Below, one piece after another: positions 8,877 to 19,706 of a DNA stretch of 64,000 nt. This DNA is from a virus. The stretch's first letter is position 1. Each line of letters begins with the position of its first letter. Made by a program: the position numbers and the translations under genes. The stretch lies in IMG/VR virus record IMGVR_UViG_3300027754_000045, positions 89,851 to 153,850 of that record; one strand, 5' to 3'. The notes below the pieces were generated by a model, which had not been told where the DNA came from, did no database searches, and was given only the letters and a program-made list of their open reading frames with translations.

Positions 8877-11800
8877 ATGCCAATAGAATTTACTCCTAAT
8901 CCTAACGAAGGCGACCTCTACAACTACCTTGATTCAACGTGGTTTTGGAACGGTGTTGCTTGGGATAAGGTAGATGCCACGATTACTGCGGGTGGTGCAA
9001 ATGTATTCACCGCACTCAACAGATTCAGTGCAGGTATCTCTGCTTCGGGTGCAACATTCTCAGGAAACATCTCAGCACCATGTTTCAAAACCTTCACATC
9101 GGGAGTTAATGTTGATTTGAATCTGAATGTACAAGATTTGGTTGGTCTTGAAGGCGCAAAGATATCCTTTTATGGAGTAGACAGTGGTGATCCTGGTGCT
9201 ACAGGGTATGGAGTTGTATTTGGTGCAAACGGAACATCGGCTATTCCATTTAGAATAACTGATTATATTGATGGCACTAATTATTTTCAGATTGATGCTA
9301 ACAAAATCATTACAATAGGAGATGTTGATGGTGTTTATGGTGGCACTAATTTATCAATAAATAATACGACTCAAACTATCGCCGTTACTGGTAGACTGAC
9401 TGCATCGGGTGCAACATTCTCAGGAAATATCTCTGCACCAAACATTGTAAACTCATGGAATGGTGCAACAGGTGCAGTGACATTCACCAACTATGTGACA
9501 TCATTCAACGGCAAGACAGGTGCGGTGAGTGGTGCATCTCTTGGCGCAAACACATTCACTGGACTCAACACATTCAATGCGGGTATTGGTGCATCAGGTG
9601 CTTCTTTTACTGGAACTGTTACTGTTCCTACACCAACCAATCTTACAGATGCAGCAAATAAAAGTTATGTGGATTCTCTAGCATCAGGAATTAATTGGCA
9701 TCAAGCAGTAACTGCATTGAGTGATGTTCAATCTGCAAGCACATATGTTGCAGGAACTGTGGGTTATGATGGAGGAACAGGTGTTGGTGCGTATATTGAA
9801 GCAAACGCAAACGGAGCATTGACTGCTGTGGATAGTGTGAATGTTGTAGTTGGCAATCGTCTTTTAATGATAGGCAGAACAAATACAATAGAAAATGGAA
9901 TCTACACAATTACAAGTGTAGGTAGTGTTGGAACTAAATGGAGAATTACTCGTGCCACCGATATGGATGGTCATGATGCTGCATCTGCAATTATTGCAGG
10001 TGATGCTGTGTATGTTACAAGCGGAACAGATCATGGTGGATTGGCATGGATTGAAACAGGCACAGGCACAGGCACAGGCGGTATTCACATCATTGGAACT
10101 GATGGAATTGTATGGACACAATTCACAGGAACAGCAACATTCACTGCGGGTGCGGGTCTCACCGCAAACGGCAGAATCATTGATGTGAATGTGGACAACT
10201 CAACCGTTGAAATTTCATCTGATATATTGCGAGTAAAAGACAGCGGAATAACAAACGCAAAACTTGCAAACTCTAATATCACAGTCACTGCAGGAAACGG
10301 ACTAGCAGGTGGCGGTTCGGTGGCATTAGGCAGTAGTGTGACCTTGACCAACGCAGGAGTCACTGCTGCTGTGGCAGGAACAGGTATTTCGGTTAGTGGA
10401 GCCACTGGTTCTGTTACAATTACGAACACAGGCGTTCAATCATTCAACGGCAGGACAGGTGCGGTTCAAGGCGTGTCTGCTGCTGTGGCAGGAACAGGGA
10501 TTTCTATCTCTGGTGCAACAGGCTCGGTTACAATTACAAACACAGGCGTTCAATCATTCAACGGTCTTACAGGTGCGGTGACAGGAGTAGCATCCGTGAA
10601 CGGCAGCACAGGCGCAGTGGTTACCTATGTGGGAACAACAGGCAATATTCCTTACCGATACGGCGCAGGAGTTGGAATCACTGCAAACAGTTACTTTACT
10701 CTACAGAATACTGATATTGGTATGCCCACAGACATATTGATTCTTTCTGGTGCAACAACTGATGGTATAGAATATAGTATAGCATATGGAAACCAAGAAG
10801 CGATGGGACTAGAATTTCATCGAGCATATGCTGGACTAGGACTAGACGAAAGCGGTGGAGCCGCCATTGTGGCAAAGGGTATCTTTAATGATGGTGGTCC
10901 ATTTAACTATGGAAGTAGTTTGTGGTTAGTGACTCCTTCTATTGGTGGTGGTACAATACGCCTTGCTCCTCAAGGATATGAAGTTGTTCAGGTTAGTGCG
11001 GGTAATATGAATATTAATGGATCATTAACCACCTCCTCAACAGCAACTATCGCAGACACACTCACGGTAAGCAGTGGTGGTGGTGGTGCAGTGTTGGAGT
11101 GGGACGGCAGTCTACCTATACCAACAGTTCTCACTGTTTACGACAGCGGAACCCCAGCAAACACCTTGACCTTGAAAGGTGATGGCACATTCTCCCAACT
11201 TACCACAAGCGGAACAATTAGTGGTGCAACAGGCGCATTCTCAAAACTGTTGACTTTGAGTGGCGGTCTTTCTGCTTCTGGCGCAACATTCGCTGGCGAT
11301 ATAGCCGTGAACGGTGTTCTTATTGGTCGTGGTGCAGGCAGTGTGACAACAAATACGGTTCTTGGCGCAGGTGCTGGAGCAGCCAATACGACTGGAGCAA
11401 ACAATATTTTTGTGGGATCTGCAGCAGGTGATGCGGTCACGACAGGCGCAAGAAATATTGCGATTGGATCTGATGCATTGGGTGCAGGTGTCACAACTGA
11501 TTCTTGCGTTGCGATTGGATACAATGCTCTTCTGTTAAACAGAGGCAATTATAATATTGCTATTGGTGATTCTGCATTAGATGCAAGCACCACGGGGTTT
11601 AGTAATCTTGCTATTGGAAATGATGCTTTGGGCTCATTAAACTCTGGTTCGTACAACATGTCACTTGGTTCTTCTTTACGAGCAGTAACAACTGGTCAAA
11701 ATAATGTTGCAGTAGGACAATCAGCAGCAGTAACTATAACAACTGGAGTTAACAACATTGCCATTGGAACATTTGCTTTATATCAAGCAAATACATCTTC

Positions 11801-12299
11801 GAGTAGTAATACTGCAATCGGAAATCAAGCAGGCGGCGCAGCAAATGCTTCTGCAACCGTTCAAAATAATAATACATTTATTGGTGCGTCATCAGCACGA
11901 AGCATTACAACAGGCAGTCAGAATGTTGGAATCGGAATGGAATCAATTTACGGTATTACTGGTTCTTCTAACAACACAGCACTTGGATATCAGGCTGGCA
12001 GATACACAGCCAATGGCACAACCGAACTGACCGTAACTGCTAACTCTCTATATCTTGGATACGGAGTTCGTGGATCTACTAATTCTGTAACCAACGAAAC
12101 GGCTATTGGTTATCAAGCCGTTGGTCTTGGATCCAACACCACGGTGATTGGAAACTCTAGCACAACAGCCACCACGATCTACGGAGTCTTGAATGCTCCT
12201 GGTGGTATCTCATTGTCTGCTGGTATCACATTCACAGACGGAACATATCAAACATCAAAAACACCAGACTTTTTACTTTTCAGTATGGGAATCATCTAA
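8877..12299 (+). CDS. Tail fibre / adhesin-like protein
   Basis: N-terminal FTPNP..GD.Y..W.WNGVAW; DAANKSYVD; ENGIY; VxSFNGxTGAV repeats; C-terminal NxAIGxxAL beta-roll repeats. Confidence 0.85.
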   Translation: MPIEFTPNPNEGDLYNYLDSTWFWNGVAWDKVDATITAGGANVFTALNRFSAGISASGATFSGNISAPCFKTFTSGVNVDLNLNVQDLVGLEGAKISFYGVDSGDPGATGYGVVFGANGTSAIPFRITDYIDGTNYFQIDANKIITIGDVDGVYGGTNLSINNTTQTIAVTGRLTASGATFSGNISAPNIVNSWNGATGAVTFTNYVTSFNGKTGAVSGASLGANTFTGLNTFNAGIGASGASFTGTVTVPTPTNLTDAANKSYVDSLASGINWHQAVTALSDVQSASTYVAGTVGYDGGTGVGAYIEANANGALTAVDSVNVVVGNRLLMIGRTNTIENGIYTITSVGSVGTKWRITRATDMDGHDAASAIIAGDAVYVTSGTDHGGLAWIETGTGTGTGGIHIIGTDGIVWTQFTGTATFTAGAGLTANGRIIDVNVDNSTVEISSDILRVKDSGITNAKLANSNITVTAGNGLAGGGSVALGSSVTLTNAGVTAAVAGTGISVSGATGSVTITNTGVQSFNGRTGAVQGVSAAVAGTGISISGATGSVTITNTGVQSFNGLTGAVTGVASVNGSTGAVVTYVGTTGNIPYRYGAGVGITANSYFTLQNTDIGMPTDILILSGATTDGIEYSIAYGNQEAMGLEFHRAYAGLGLDESGGAAIVAKGIFNDGGPFNYGSSLWLVTPSIGGGTIRLAPQGYEVVQVSAGNMNINGSLTTSSTATIADTLTVSSGGGGAVLEWDGSLPIPTVLTVYDSGTPANTLTLKGDGTFSQLTTSGTISGATGAFSKLLTLSGGLSASGATFAGDIAVNGVLIGRGAGSVTTNTVLGAGAGAANTTGANNIFVGSAAGDAVTTGARNIAIGSDALGAGVTTDSCVAIGYNALLLNRGNYNIAIGDSALDASTTGFSNLAIGNDALGSLNSGSYNMSLGSSLRAVTTGQNNVAVGQSAAVTITTGVNNIAIGTFALYQANTSSSSNTAIGNQAGGAANASATVQNNNTFIGASSARSITTGSQNVGIGMESIYGITGSSNNTALGYQAGRYTANGTTELTVTANSLYLGYGVRGSTNSVTNETAIGYQAVGLGSNTTVIGNSSTTATTIYGVLNAPGGISLSAGITFTDGTYQTSKTPDFLLFSMGII
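10364..10566 (+). repeat. 114-bp-period internal duplication in the tail fibre
   Basis: AAVAGTGISxSGATGSVTITNTGVQSFNG occurs twice, starting at 10364 and 10478. Confidence 0.85.
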
Positions 12300-12323
12300 T
12301 AAATACAATAGGAGAATAACAAA

Positions 12324-12752
12324 ATGGCAACTTCAGCACAATATGTCACAACACCAGTTTTAGAAATCATGCAGGGTATAACCGCAGACACATCCAGAAC
12401 TGCACCTACTGCAGCAAACACTTACTTGGTTTGTCAGGGTCCAGCAACCGCTTCGGGTTCAGGTGTTGGAAAACGAATCACAAGAGTCACTGTTTCTGCC
12501 ACAGGAACCACCACTGCAGGCGTTATTCGGTTTTGGATCAGTGTGGACACAGGAACAACAAAGCGATTAATTCTAGAAAAAATTGTTGCCGCCAATACTC
12601 CAAGTACAAGCAATCCCGTTGTTCGTTTTGATGTACCTGAATTGGTTGGTCTTGTGCTTCCAGGAACAGTTGCTTCGGCGGTGACAAGTCTTTACGCAAC
12701 CACAAACAACACAGAAACATTCAACTTTTTAGTTGAAAGTGGAACTCTATGA
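12324..12752 (+). CDS. Putative tail-fibre-associated structural protein
   Basis: AGGAG RBS; AATAAATA upstream; beta-rich; follows the fibre gene. Confidence 0.7.
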   Translation: MATSAQYVTTPVLEIMQGITADTSRTAPTAANTYLVCQGPATASGSGVGKRITRVTVSATGTTTAGVIRFWISVDTGTTKRLILEKIVAANTPSTSNPVVRFDVPELVGLVLPGTVASAVTSLYATTNNTETFNFLVESGTL

Positions 12753-13423
12753 ATCAAGGTATATTTGGATTACCTCCAAACAATAAGATTGGTTACGATA
12801 CTCCCGCTCTTTTGCATCCGTTAGCATATGTGGATGTTATGAATAGTTCTGCAAATGGAACAAGTCAGACTCTTTATTATATGCCGTATGGGTTTCAAGC
12901 AACAGGATCCACAGTAACTATTGCTGCAAATACCCTATATTTCAATGCATTTTGGATTGGTAAACCTGCCGTTGTAAAATATATTTCAATACGAAGTGCT
13001 GTCCCAACCGTCGCAGGTAACTTAAAATTTTCTTTTTATGATTCCGAGTCTACCACAGGACTACCAAACAAATTATTATTTTCCTCTGTTAGCGTTGCTC
13101 GTGCTGCTGGTTACGGATACACCACAGTATATACTGCTCATGTGTTAAAAATAGATAAGCCTGGATTTTATTGGACAGGTATTGTTTTTGATGCAGCAAT
13201 AGATAATTTGGAAAGATTCAGTGGAAGTGGAGCAAATCCATTCCCTTCATCAGGAACACTTGGAAATTATCAAGGCTACGGAGTGTCTACTCCTCTAACA
13301 TTTGGTGATCCTCCATCTTCTTGCGAAGGAGTAAAATTTAGTTTATTAGATAGTGGCTCAACACCATTGACTCAATTAGTCATGACCTCACAACTTCAAA
13401 ATATCACAGTTCTGAAAGGATAA
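12749..13423 (+). CDS. Putative fibre-associated beta-sandwich protein
   Basis: ATGA overlap with the upstream gene; beta-rich. Confidence 0.7.
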   Translation: MNQGIFGLPPNNKIGYDTPALLHPLAYVDVMNSSANGTSQTLYYMPYGFQATGSTVTIAANTLYFNAFWIGKPAVVKYISIRSAVPTVAGNLKFSFYDSESTTGLPNKLLFSSVSVARAAGYGYTTVYTAHVLKIDKPGFYWTGIVFDAAIDNLERFSGSGANPFPSSGTLGNYQGYGVSTPLTFGDPPSSCEGVKFSLLDSGSTPLTQLVMTSQLQNITVLKG

Positions 13424-13426
13424 TAT

Positions 13427-13759
13427 ATGAAATTTTCCACACAACACATTTATTATCCTGACGGAACTCTAGAAATCATTGATGATCGTGTTTTTGAAGA
13501 CTGCAAAACATTTCATCTGGAACGAATCAAAAAATCAGCCACGGAGCGAATACTTGAATTGGCACCTGAATATAAACAAAGAAACGCCGCTCTTGGTTTA
13601 CTAACGCAAGGAGAAACAGATGCCATAAAGTCCACAATTCAAACCATAAGGAATGCTGTAAACTCTGCAGAACAACAGATTCTTTCCGTGGTTTGGAATG
13701 GCACAGAACAAACTCGTGCTGCCGCCTGTGACGCTGTGCAGGCAGTTCGTTGCGAATAA
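13427..13759 (+). CDS. Putative tail fibre assembly/chaperone protein
   Basis: Helical ILELAPEYKQRN..IQTIR pattern; position after the fibre genes. Confidence 0.55.
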   Translation: MKFSTQHIYYPDGTLEIIDDRVFEDCKTFHLERIKKSATERILELAPEYKQRNAALGLLTQGETDAIKSTIQTIRNAVNSAEQQILSVVWNGTEQTRAAACDAVQAVRCE

Positions 13760-13776
13760 GTCTCCTATATACTACC

Positions 13777-14037
13777 ATGAGCACAGAATACACAGCAGAA
13801 GATACAGCAGGACACATTCAAGGATTACAGGATGTGGCGAATCTGATTCAGATCATTATTGCAGGAAACTATCCTGCGAATACTATTAATCCTGAATCGC
13901 CCACCACTCTTATGGGGCGACAGACTGGACATATTCGCATCATGCTTGCGATGCCCCATATTCAAGCATCGGGTGTGGATCTGAGCTCATTTGAAACCGC
14001 TGCCGATGACGGTGAAGCCTGGGCAAATTCTCAATAA
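13777..14037 (+). CDS. Hypothetical protein
   Basis: ATG 13777 preceded by CTATATA, a late-promoter-like box. Confidence 0.6.
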   Translation: MSTEYTAEDTAGHIQGLQDVANLIQIIIAGNYPANTINPESPTTLMGRQTGHIRIMLAMPHIQASGVDLSSFETAADDGEAWANSQ

Positions 14038-14044
14038 TTTTTAC

Positions 14045-14072
14045 TTGACTTTTCCTTTTCCTGGGGTATATT
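14045..14072 (+). promoter_or_regulatory. sigma70-type promoter of the replication operon
   Basis: TTGACT-16 nt-TATATT. Confidence 0.6.
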
Positions 14073-14117
14073 TGATTTAGTGTTTGCTAGACATTAAACC
14101 AACCAAAGGAAAATACT

Positions 14118-14600
14118 ATGAATCGTGAAGATCTGCTCAATATCCATGAAACCCTTACTCGCCGTGCTCGTGAACTAATGGACAAGAAAAATCGTGACTA
14201 TGCAGGAAAAGGAGGAATTGAACCATTTGCTAATTTTACAAGAGTAGAATCGATGGGTATTTGTAGCACCGAACAAGGATTTCTTTGTAGACTTACTGAT
14301 AAGATGAGTCGTCTTTCTTCGTTTGCAGAAAGCGGTAAACTTGCAGTGGAAAATGAATCATTTGAGGACACAATTATTGATGTTATCAATTACATGGTTC
14401 TGTTCTATGCCTATCTTCAAGACAAGACAAGCAAGGGAAATTCTTCAGAATATAATCCTACACAATTAATTCCCCAACAACTATTAAACGAAGCAGTAAA
14501 GAAATTCAACCGAGAATACCAAATGGAAATTGAAAAAACTATTAATGATAATGCCGCTATGTTCGGAGATGTACGCCTTCCAACTACCAATCATAAATGA
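14118..14600 (+). CDS. Nucleotide-modification-associated domain 1 (Nmad1/DUF1599, MazG-like) protein
   Basis: KKNRDYA..PFANF..RLTDKMSRL..SFEDTIIDVINY. Confidence 0.75.
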   Translation: MNREDLLNIHETLTRRARELMDKKNRDYAGKGGIEPFANFTRVESMGICSTEQGFLCRLTDKMSRLSSFAESGKLAVENESFEDTIIDVINYMVLFYAYLQDKTSKGNSSEYNPTQLIPQQLLNEAVKKFNREYQMEIEKTINDNAAMFGDVRLPTTNHK

Positions 14601-17170
14601 GTGAATTCTATACCTCGGTTCATCTTGTCGGAAACGACATTAAAGAAATCTATTACTGTAACGGAAAGCGAAGCACGAGAAGTATTCGATTCCAGCCCAC
14701 ACTATTCACTCCTTCCCTGAAGCGTGACGTAGAGTGGCATACACTAGAAGGAATTCCGCTTGAATCCTATAAACCTGGAGATGTGGCTGACTGTAGAGAG
14801 GTGTTTACCACATACGAGAATGTTGAAAACTTTCAGATATACGGCAACGAGGATTATGTTGCCCAGTATATTGCGGAACGATACTCTGGAGAAATTCCTT
14901 ATAATTATTCAGATCTGCGTGTTGCATTTCTAGACATTGAAACTGAGTGTGAAAACGGATTTCCTTCTCTAACCGAGTACAATGAGCGAGTGAGTGCTAT
15001 TACTGTGGAGATGGACGGTGTTCGCCATTCGTTTGCCATTCACGACTTCAGTATTCCTGATGTAGAATGTCATGTGTTTGGGGACGAACAAGATATGCTT
15101 GAAAGTTTTGTGGAGTACTGGGAACAGAATTATCCTGACATTGTGACTGGATGGAATATTCGATTCTTTGATATTCCGTATCTCTATGGTCGCATCGCCA
15201 AAATCATAGACCAAAAGACTGCGAAGCGATTGTCTCCGTTTCGTCAAGTGCGTGAGCGAATAATTAATCGCAAGGGCAAGGATCATAACGTATACGACTT
15301 GGTTGGTGTTGCCACCATGGATTACTATGAGTTGTACATTAAATTTACCTACACGAATCAAGAGTCGTACAGCCTGAATAATATTGCCAGCGTGGAACTG
15401 GGAGAAGCCAAGACCAATTACGAAGAGTATGATGGTATCAAGGATTTCTACACCAAGGATTGGCAGAAGTTCATGGAGTACAACAACCAAGACGTTGTGT
15501 TGGTGCAGCGACTGGACAAGAAATTAAAATTGATGGAACTGGTTGTGGCAATGGCATACAACGCCAAGGTTAATTTCATGGACATCTTTTCTCAGGTTAA
15601 GACTTGGGACTCTATTATCTACCACCATCTGAACGATAAAAAGATTGCGATTCCTCTAAAAGTTTCAGGAGAAGAACAAGACACGCAGTTTCAGGGAGCG
15701 TATGTTAAAGAACCTATAGTGGGTCTGCACGAATGGGTAGTGGCATTCGATTTGGATAGTCTGTATCCTCACTTAATTATTAATTATAATATGTCTCCAG
15801 AGACCAAGCACAAGATGGGTAAACGAAATACCCTGAAGCCTGAAGACATTCTACACCCAGAATCGTATGATGCCCAAACAAACTTTATTCGCCTAGAAGA
15901 TCACCAGAAGTTTGCCAAAGAAAATAACATTGCTATTACTTCTAACGGCATCTATTTCAAAAGAGAGAAGCAAGGCTTTCTTCCTGAACTGATGGAAACC
16001 ATGTATTCAGAGCGAAAGATGTACAAGGAAAAGATGTTGGACTGCAAGGCAGAACTTAAAAGTCTGCCTAGCACAGCAACTAAGAAGGAACGAGAACTTC
16101 TAGAGTACAAGATCTCCAAGTATAATAATTTTCAGTTGTGTCGCAAGATTCAACTTAACTCCGCTTACGGTGCTGTTGGAAACCGATGGTTTCGCTATTA
16201 CGATCTAGATATCGCAGAAGCAATCACCATTTCTGGGCAGTTAAGTATTCGTTGGATCGAGAAAGCCCTGAACGAGTTTGTCAACAAGATGGTTGGCACC
16301 ACAGGAAAAGACTACGTGGTAGCATCAGATACCGATTCCATCTATCTGTGTCTTGATAAGGTGGTGCAGAAAGTTTTTGCTGGCAAAAAACCATCCCAAG
16401 AACGAATTGCAGAAGTAATACAAAAGATTTGCGAAGACAAGATTGAGCCTTATATTGAAGCCAAATATCAAGAACTTGCCAATACCATGAATGCCTACAA
16501 GCAAAAGATGCACATGAAGCGAGAGTCTATCTCAACCAAGGGTATTTGGACTGCCAAGAAACGATACATGCTGAACAACATCATGGGCGAAGACGGAGTA
16601 TTATTAAAGATTTCTGAACTAAAGATGGTTGGTATCGAGACGGCAAGGAGTTCTACACCACTAATGGTGCGTACAGCACTGAAGACTGCTATTAGTATTA
16701 TTATGAACAAGACGGAATTAGATGTTCAGGAATTTGCAGAAGATTTCAGAAATAAATTTAATAAGGCTTCCATACAGGATATTGCGTTTCCTCGCAGCGT
16801 GTCTGGACTAGATCGATACGAATGTACTACCGCAGTATACAAGAAGGGAACTCCTATTGCGGTAAAGGCATCCCTGTTATTTAATGATTATTTGGAAAAG
16901 AATAATCTAGAGAAAAAATACAGAAAAATTGCGGAAGCAGATAAAATTAAATTTATCTACTTGAAGGAACCTAATCCGTTCTCTATAGTAAGCGGAAAAG
17001 AACAAGTAATTGCATTTATGCAGCATATTCCTAAGGAACTCCACCTAGATAAGTATGTGAATCGAGACCTACAATTCGAGAAATCTTTCAAAGATCCCTT
17101 GACAAGGATTCTAGATGTGATACAATGGAGTGTAGAGAAAATTAGTACCTTGGAGAGTTGTTTTGAATGA
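14597..17170 (+). CDS. gp43: Family B DNA polymerase (T4 gp43-like)
   Basis: DIET, GWNIRFFDIPY, DLDSLYP, KIQLNSAYG, DTDS, KKRY. Confidence 0.98.
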   Translation: MSEFYTSVHLVGNDIKEIYYCNGKRSTRSIRFQPTLFTPSLKRDVEWHTLEGIPLESYKPGDVADCREVFTTYENVENFQIYGNEDYVAQYIAERYSGEIPYNYSDLRVAFLDIETECENGFPSLTEYNERVSAITVEMDGVRHSFAIHDFSIPDVECHVFGDEQDMLESFVEYWEQNYPDIVTGWNIRFFDIPYLYGRIAKIIDQKTAKRLSPFRQVRERIINRKGKDHNVYDLVGVATMDYYELYIKFTYTNQESYSLNNIASVELGEAKTNYEEYDGIKDFYTKDWQKFMEYNNQDVVLVQRLDKKLKLMELVVAMAYNAKVNFMDIFSQVKTWDSIIYHHLNDKKIAIPLKVSGEEQDTQFQGAYVKEPIVGLHEWVVAFDLDSLYPHLIINYNMSPETKHKMGKRNTLKPEDILHPESYDAQTNFIRLEDHQKFAKENNIAITSNGIYFKREKQGFLPELMETMYSERKMYKEKMLDCKAELKSLPSTATKKERELLEYKISKYNNFQLCRKIQLNSAYGAVGNRWFRYYDLDIAEAITISGQLSIRWIEKALNEFVNKMVGTTGKDYVVASDTDSIYLCLDKVVQKVFAGKKPSQERIAEVIQKICEDKIEPYIEAKYQELANTMNAYKQKMHMKRESISTKGIWTAKKRYMLNNIMGEDGVLLKISELKMVGIETARSSTPLMVRTALKTAISIIMNKTELDVQEFAEDFRNKFNKASIQDIAFPRSVSGLDRYECTTAVYKKGTPIAVKASLLFNDYLEKNNLEKKYRKIAEADKIKFIYLKEPNPFSIVSGKEQVIAFMQHIPKELHLDKYVNRDLQFEKSFKDPLTRILDVIQWSVEKISTLESCFE

Positions 17171-17286
17171 TAACAACAGAGTTTGTTTGTGCCACAATTA
17201 TTTTTGTTTTATTCTGTTGTTTGGCTATTATTGGATTTTGTGAAACGGTTGAAGAAATTAAAAGAGAAATAAAAGGAAAAAAATGA
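17167..17286 (+). CDS. Small single-TM peptide (39 aa)
   Basis: [39 protein letters not shown]; ATGA overlaps at both ends. Confidence 0.65.
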   Translation: MITTEFVCATIIFVLFCCLAIIGFCETVEEIKREIKGKK

Positions 17287-18299
17287 GCTTTTTAAACGAT
17301 ATTATTAAAAATTCAGGTAATGAATACGCTTGCACGGTGGAAGACGGTATTGACGGCAGTGATGTTAAGGGTTTTATTGATACAGGCAGTTACGCATTTA
17401 ATGCTTTGGTGAGCGGTTCCCTATACGGAGGAATCCCAAACAATAAGATTATTGCTTTGGCTGGTGAGTCTGCCACAGGCAAGACCTACTTTGCTATTGG
17501 CATGGTGAAGCGATTCCTGGAAAATAATAAAGATGCTGTGGTTCTTTACTTTGATACGGAACAAGCCGTAACTTCAGACATGTTTATCAGTCGTGGTATT
17601 GATGCTAAGCGTGTGGCTATCTTTCCTGTAGCGACTGTGGAAGAGTTTCGCAAGCAACTTATCACTATTGCCGACAAGTACCTAGAGCAAGATATCGCCA
17701 AACGAAAGCCTATGATGGTTGTGTTAGACTCTCTGGGAATGTTGTCTACAAGCAAGGAAATCAACGACACAACAGAAGGCAAGGAAGTGCGAGATATGAC
17801 TCGTGCTCAAGTTATCAAGAGTACATTCCGTGTGCTTACCTTGAAACTGGGTAAGGCAGGAATTCCTCTTATCATGACTAATCACACCTACGATGTTATT
17901 GGATCTTATGTTCCAATGAAGGAAATGGGCGGAGGTTCAGGTCTCAAGTATGCTGCATCCACCATTGTATTCTTGTCAAAGAAGAAGGACAAGGATTCAG
18001 AAGGTCAGGTTATTGGCAACATTATTCACTGCAAGTTATACAAGAGTCGCCTAACCAAAGAGAATCAAATGATTGATGTTCGACTAAATTACGACAGCGG
18101 CTTAAATCTTTATTACGGATTACTTGACTTAGCTCTAAAGCATGGTATATTTAAGAAGGTCTCAACTCGCATTGAACTTCCTAACGGAGACAAGACTTTC
18201 GAGAAGACCATTAACGATGATCCAGAGAAGTTTTTTACCCCAGACGTAATGGCACAATTAGAACTTGCAGCAGCAAAAGAATTTAAATACGGTCAATAA
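17283..18299 (+). CDS. uvsX: RecA-like recombinase UvsX
   Basis: [30 protein letters not shown]. Confidence 0.97.
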   Translation: MSFLNDIIKNSGNEYACTVEDGIDGSDVKGFIDTGSYAFNALVSGSLYGGIPNNKIIALAGESATGKTYFAIGMVKRFLENNKDAVVLYFDTEQAVTSDMFISRGIDAKRVAIFPVATVEEFRKQLITIADKYLEQDIAKRKPMMVVLDSLGMLSTSKEINDTTEGKEVRDMTRAQVIKSTFRVLTLKLGKAGIPLIMTNHTYDVIGSYVPMKEMGGGSGLKYAASTIVFLSKKKDKDSEGQVIGNIIHCKLYKSRLTKENQMIDVRLNYDSGLNLYYGLLDLALKHGIFKKVSTRIELPNGDKTFEKTINDDPEKFFTPDVMAQLELAAAKEFKYGQ

Positions 18300-18302
18300 A
18301 AT

Positions 18303-19706
18303 ATGAAAGATTTTGAGCATGTCCTTTTAGAAGGACTTCTCTTTCGAGAAGACTTCTACAAGAAAGTTATTCCATTCATTAGTTTGGAATACTTTCATCG
18401 AAACCCAGTGCAGATGTTGTACACCTGCATTCACGACTTTGTTATTCAGTATAACAGTTGTCCTTCAAAAGAGGCAATCAGTATCTGTCTAGAAAAGCAT
18501 AAGGGTATCAGTCAGGCAGACTATGATATCTGCATTGAGATGCTAGAGTCGTTTCAAAAAGAAGAAGCAGACAAACACAACATTGATTGGTTGGTGGAAG
18601 AAACCGAGAAGTTTTGTAAGGAGAAGGCTCTCTACAACGGCATCATGGAATCTATTCACATCATTGACGGCAAGAGCAAGGACAAGACCAAGACGGCTAT
18701 TCCTGACATCTTGAGCAAGGCTTTGTCTGTATCTTTTGACACACATATCGGACACGACTACCTAGAGGATACTGAACTTCGATACGATTTCTATCACAAG
18801 GTAGAGCAACGAGTTCCGTTTGATCTAGAGTACTTGAATACGATTACTGCGGGTGGAACACCAAACAAGACGCTTAATATTGTCATGGCTGGAACTGGTG
18901 TAGGTAAGTCTTTGTTCTTGTGTCATCATGCGGCTAACTGTATCTCGCAGGGCAAGAATGTTCTCTACATTACTTGTGAAATGGCAGAAGAAAGAATTGC
19001 AGAACGCATTGACGCAAATCTATTGGATACTACACTTGATTCCTTGCGTGATCTCAGCAAAGAGGTCTACGACAAAAGAATTGATAACATGAAGCAAACG
19101 GTCAAGGGTAAACTTATTATCAAAGAGTATCCTACTGCAAGTTCTAGTGTGAATCATTTTCGTGTCCTGTTGGATGAGTTGTGGCTGAAGAAGAAGTTTA
19201 AGCCTGATGTAATTTTTATAGATTATTTAAACATCTGTGCATCCTCTAGAATGAAGCAGGGCGCAAATGTAAACTCATACACCTACATCAAAGCCATTGC
19301 AGAAGAACTACGAGGATTAGCCACAGAACGAAACGTTCCTATCTGGTCAGCCACGCAGGTTAATCGTATTGGCTTTGGTAATTCAGATTTTGGTCTGGAA
19401 GACACCAGCGAATCGTTTGGTCTTCCTGCTACTGCTGACTTTATGATTGCCTTGATTGCCACAGAACGCCTAGATGAGATCAATCAAATTATGGTTAAAC
19501 AGTTAAAGAATCGATACAACGACACCGTGGCTAATCGTAAGTTTGTGCTTGGTATCAATCGATCCAAGATGAAGTTGTACGACATTCCAAAGTCGGAACA
19601 GCCTCAGTTATCGGACAGCAATCCACAAGATGCTCCTGATAATGATGAAGATCGATTTAACAGTAAGTTCAAGAAATCAAGTAAGTTTACAGGATGGAAA
19701 GTATGA
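18303..19706 (+). CDS. gp41: Replicative helicase (T4 gp41-like)
   Basis: AGTGVGKS, EMAEERIAERIDAN, DYLNIC, ESFGLPATAD, QLKNRY. Confidence 0.97.
   Translation: MKDFEHVLLEGLLFREDFYKKVIPFISLEYFHRNPVQMLYTCIHDFVIQYNSCPSKEAISICLEKHKGISQADYDICIEMLESFQKEEADKHNIDWLVEETEKFCKEKALYNGIMESIHIIDGKSKDKTKTAIPDILSKALSVSFDTHIGHDYLEDTELRYDFYHKVEQRVPFDLEYLNTITAGGTPNKTLNIVMAGTGVGKSLFLCHHAANCISQGKNVLYITCEMAEERIAERIDANLLDTTLDSLRDLSKEVYDKRIDNMKQTVKGKLIIKEYPTASSSVNHFRVLLDELWLKKKFKPDVIFIDYLNICASSRMKQGANVNSYTYIKAIAEELRGLATERNVPIWSATQVNRIGFGNSDFGLEDTSESFGLPATADFMIALIATERLDEINQIMVKQLKNRYNDTVANRKFVLGINRSKMKLYDIPKSEQPQLSDSNPQDAPDNDEDRFNSKFKKSSKFTGWKV

Noticed and set aside
8877-14037. Diversity-generating retroelement or invertible fibre cassette
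   Set aside because: No reverse transcriptase, recombinase or adenine-variant repeat pair seen
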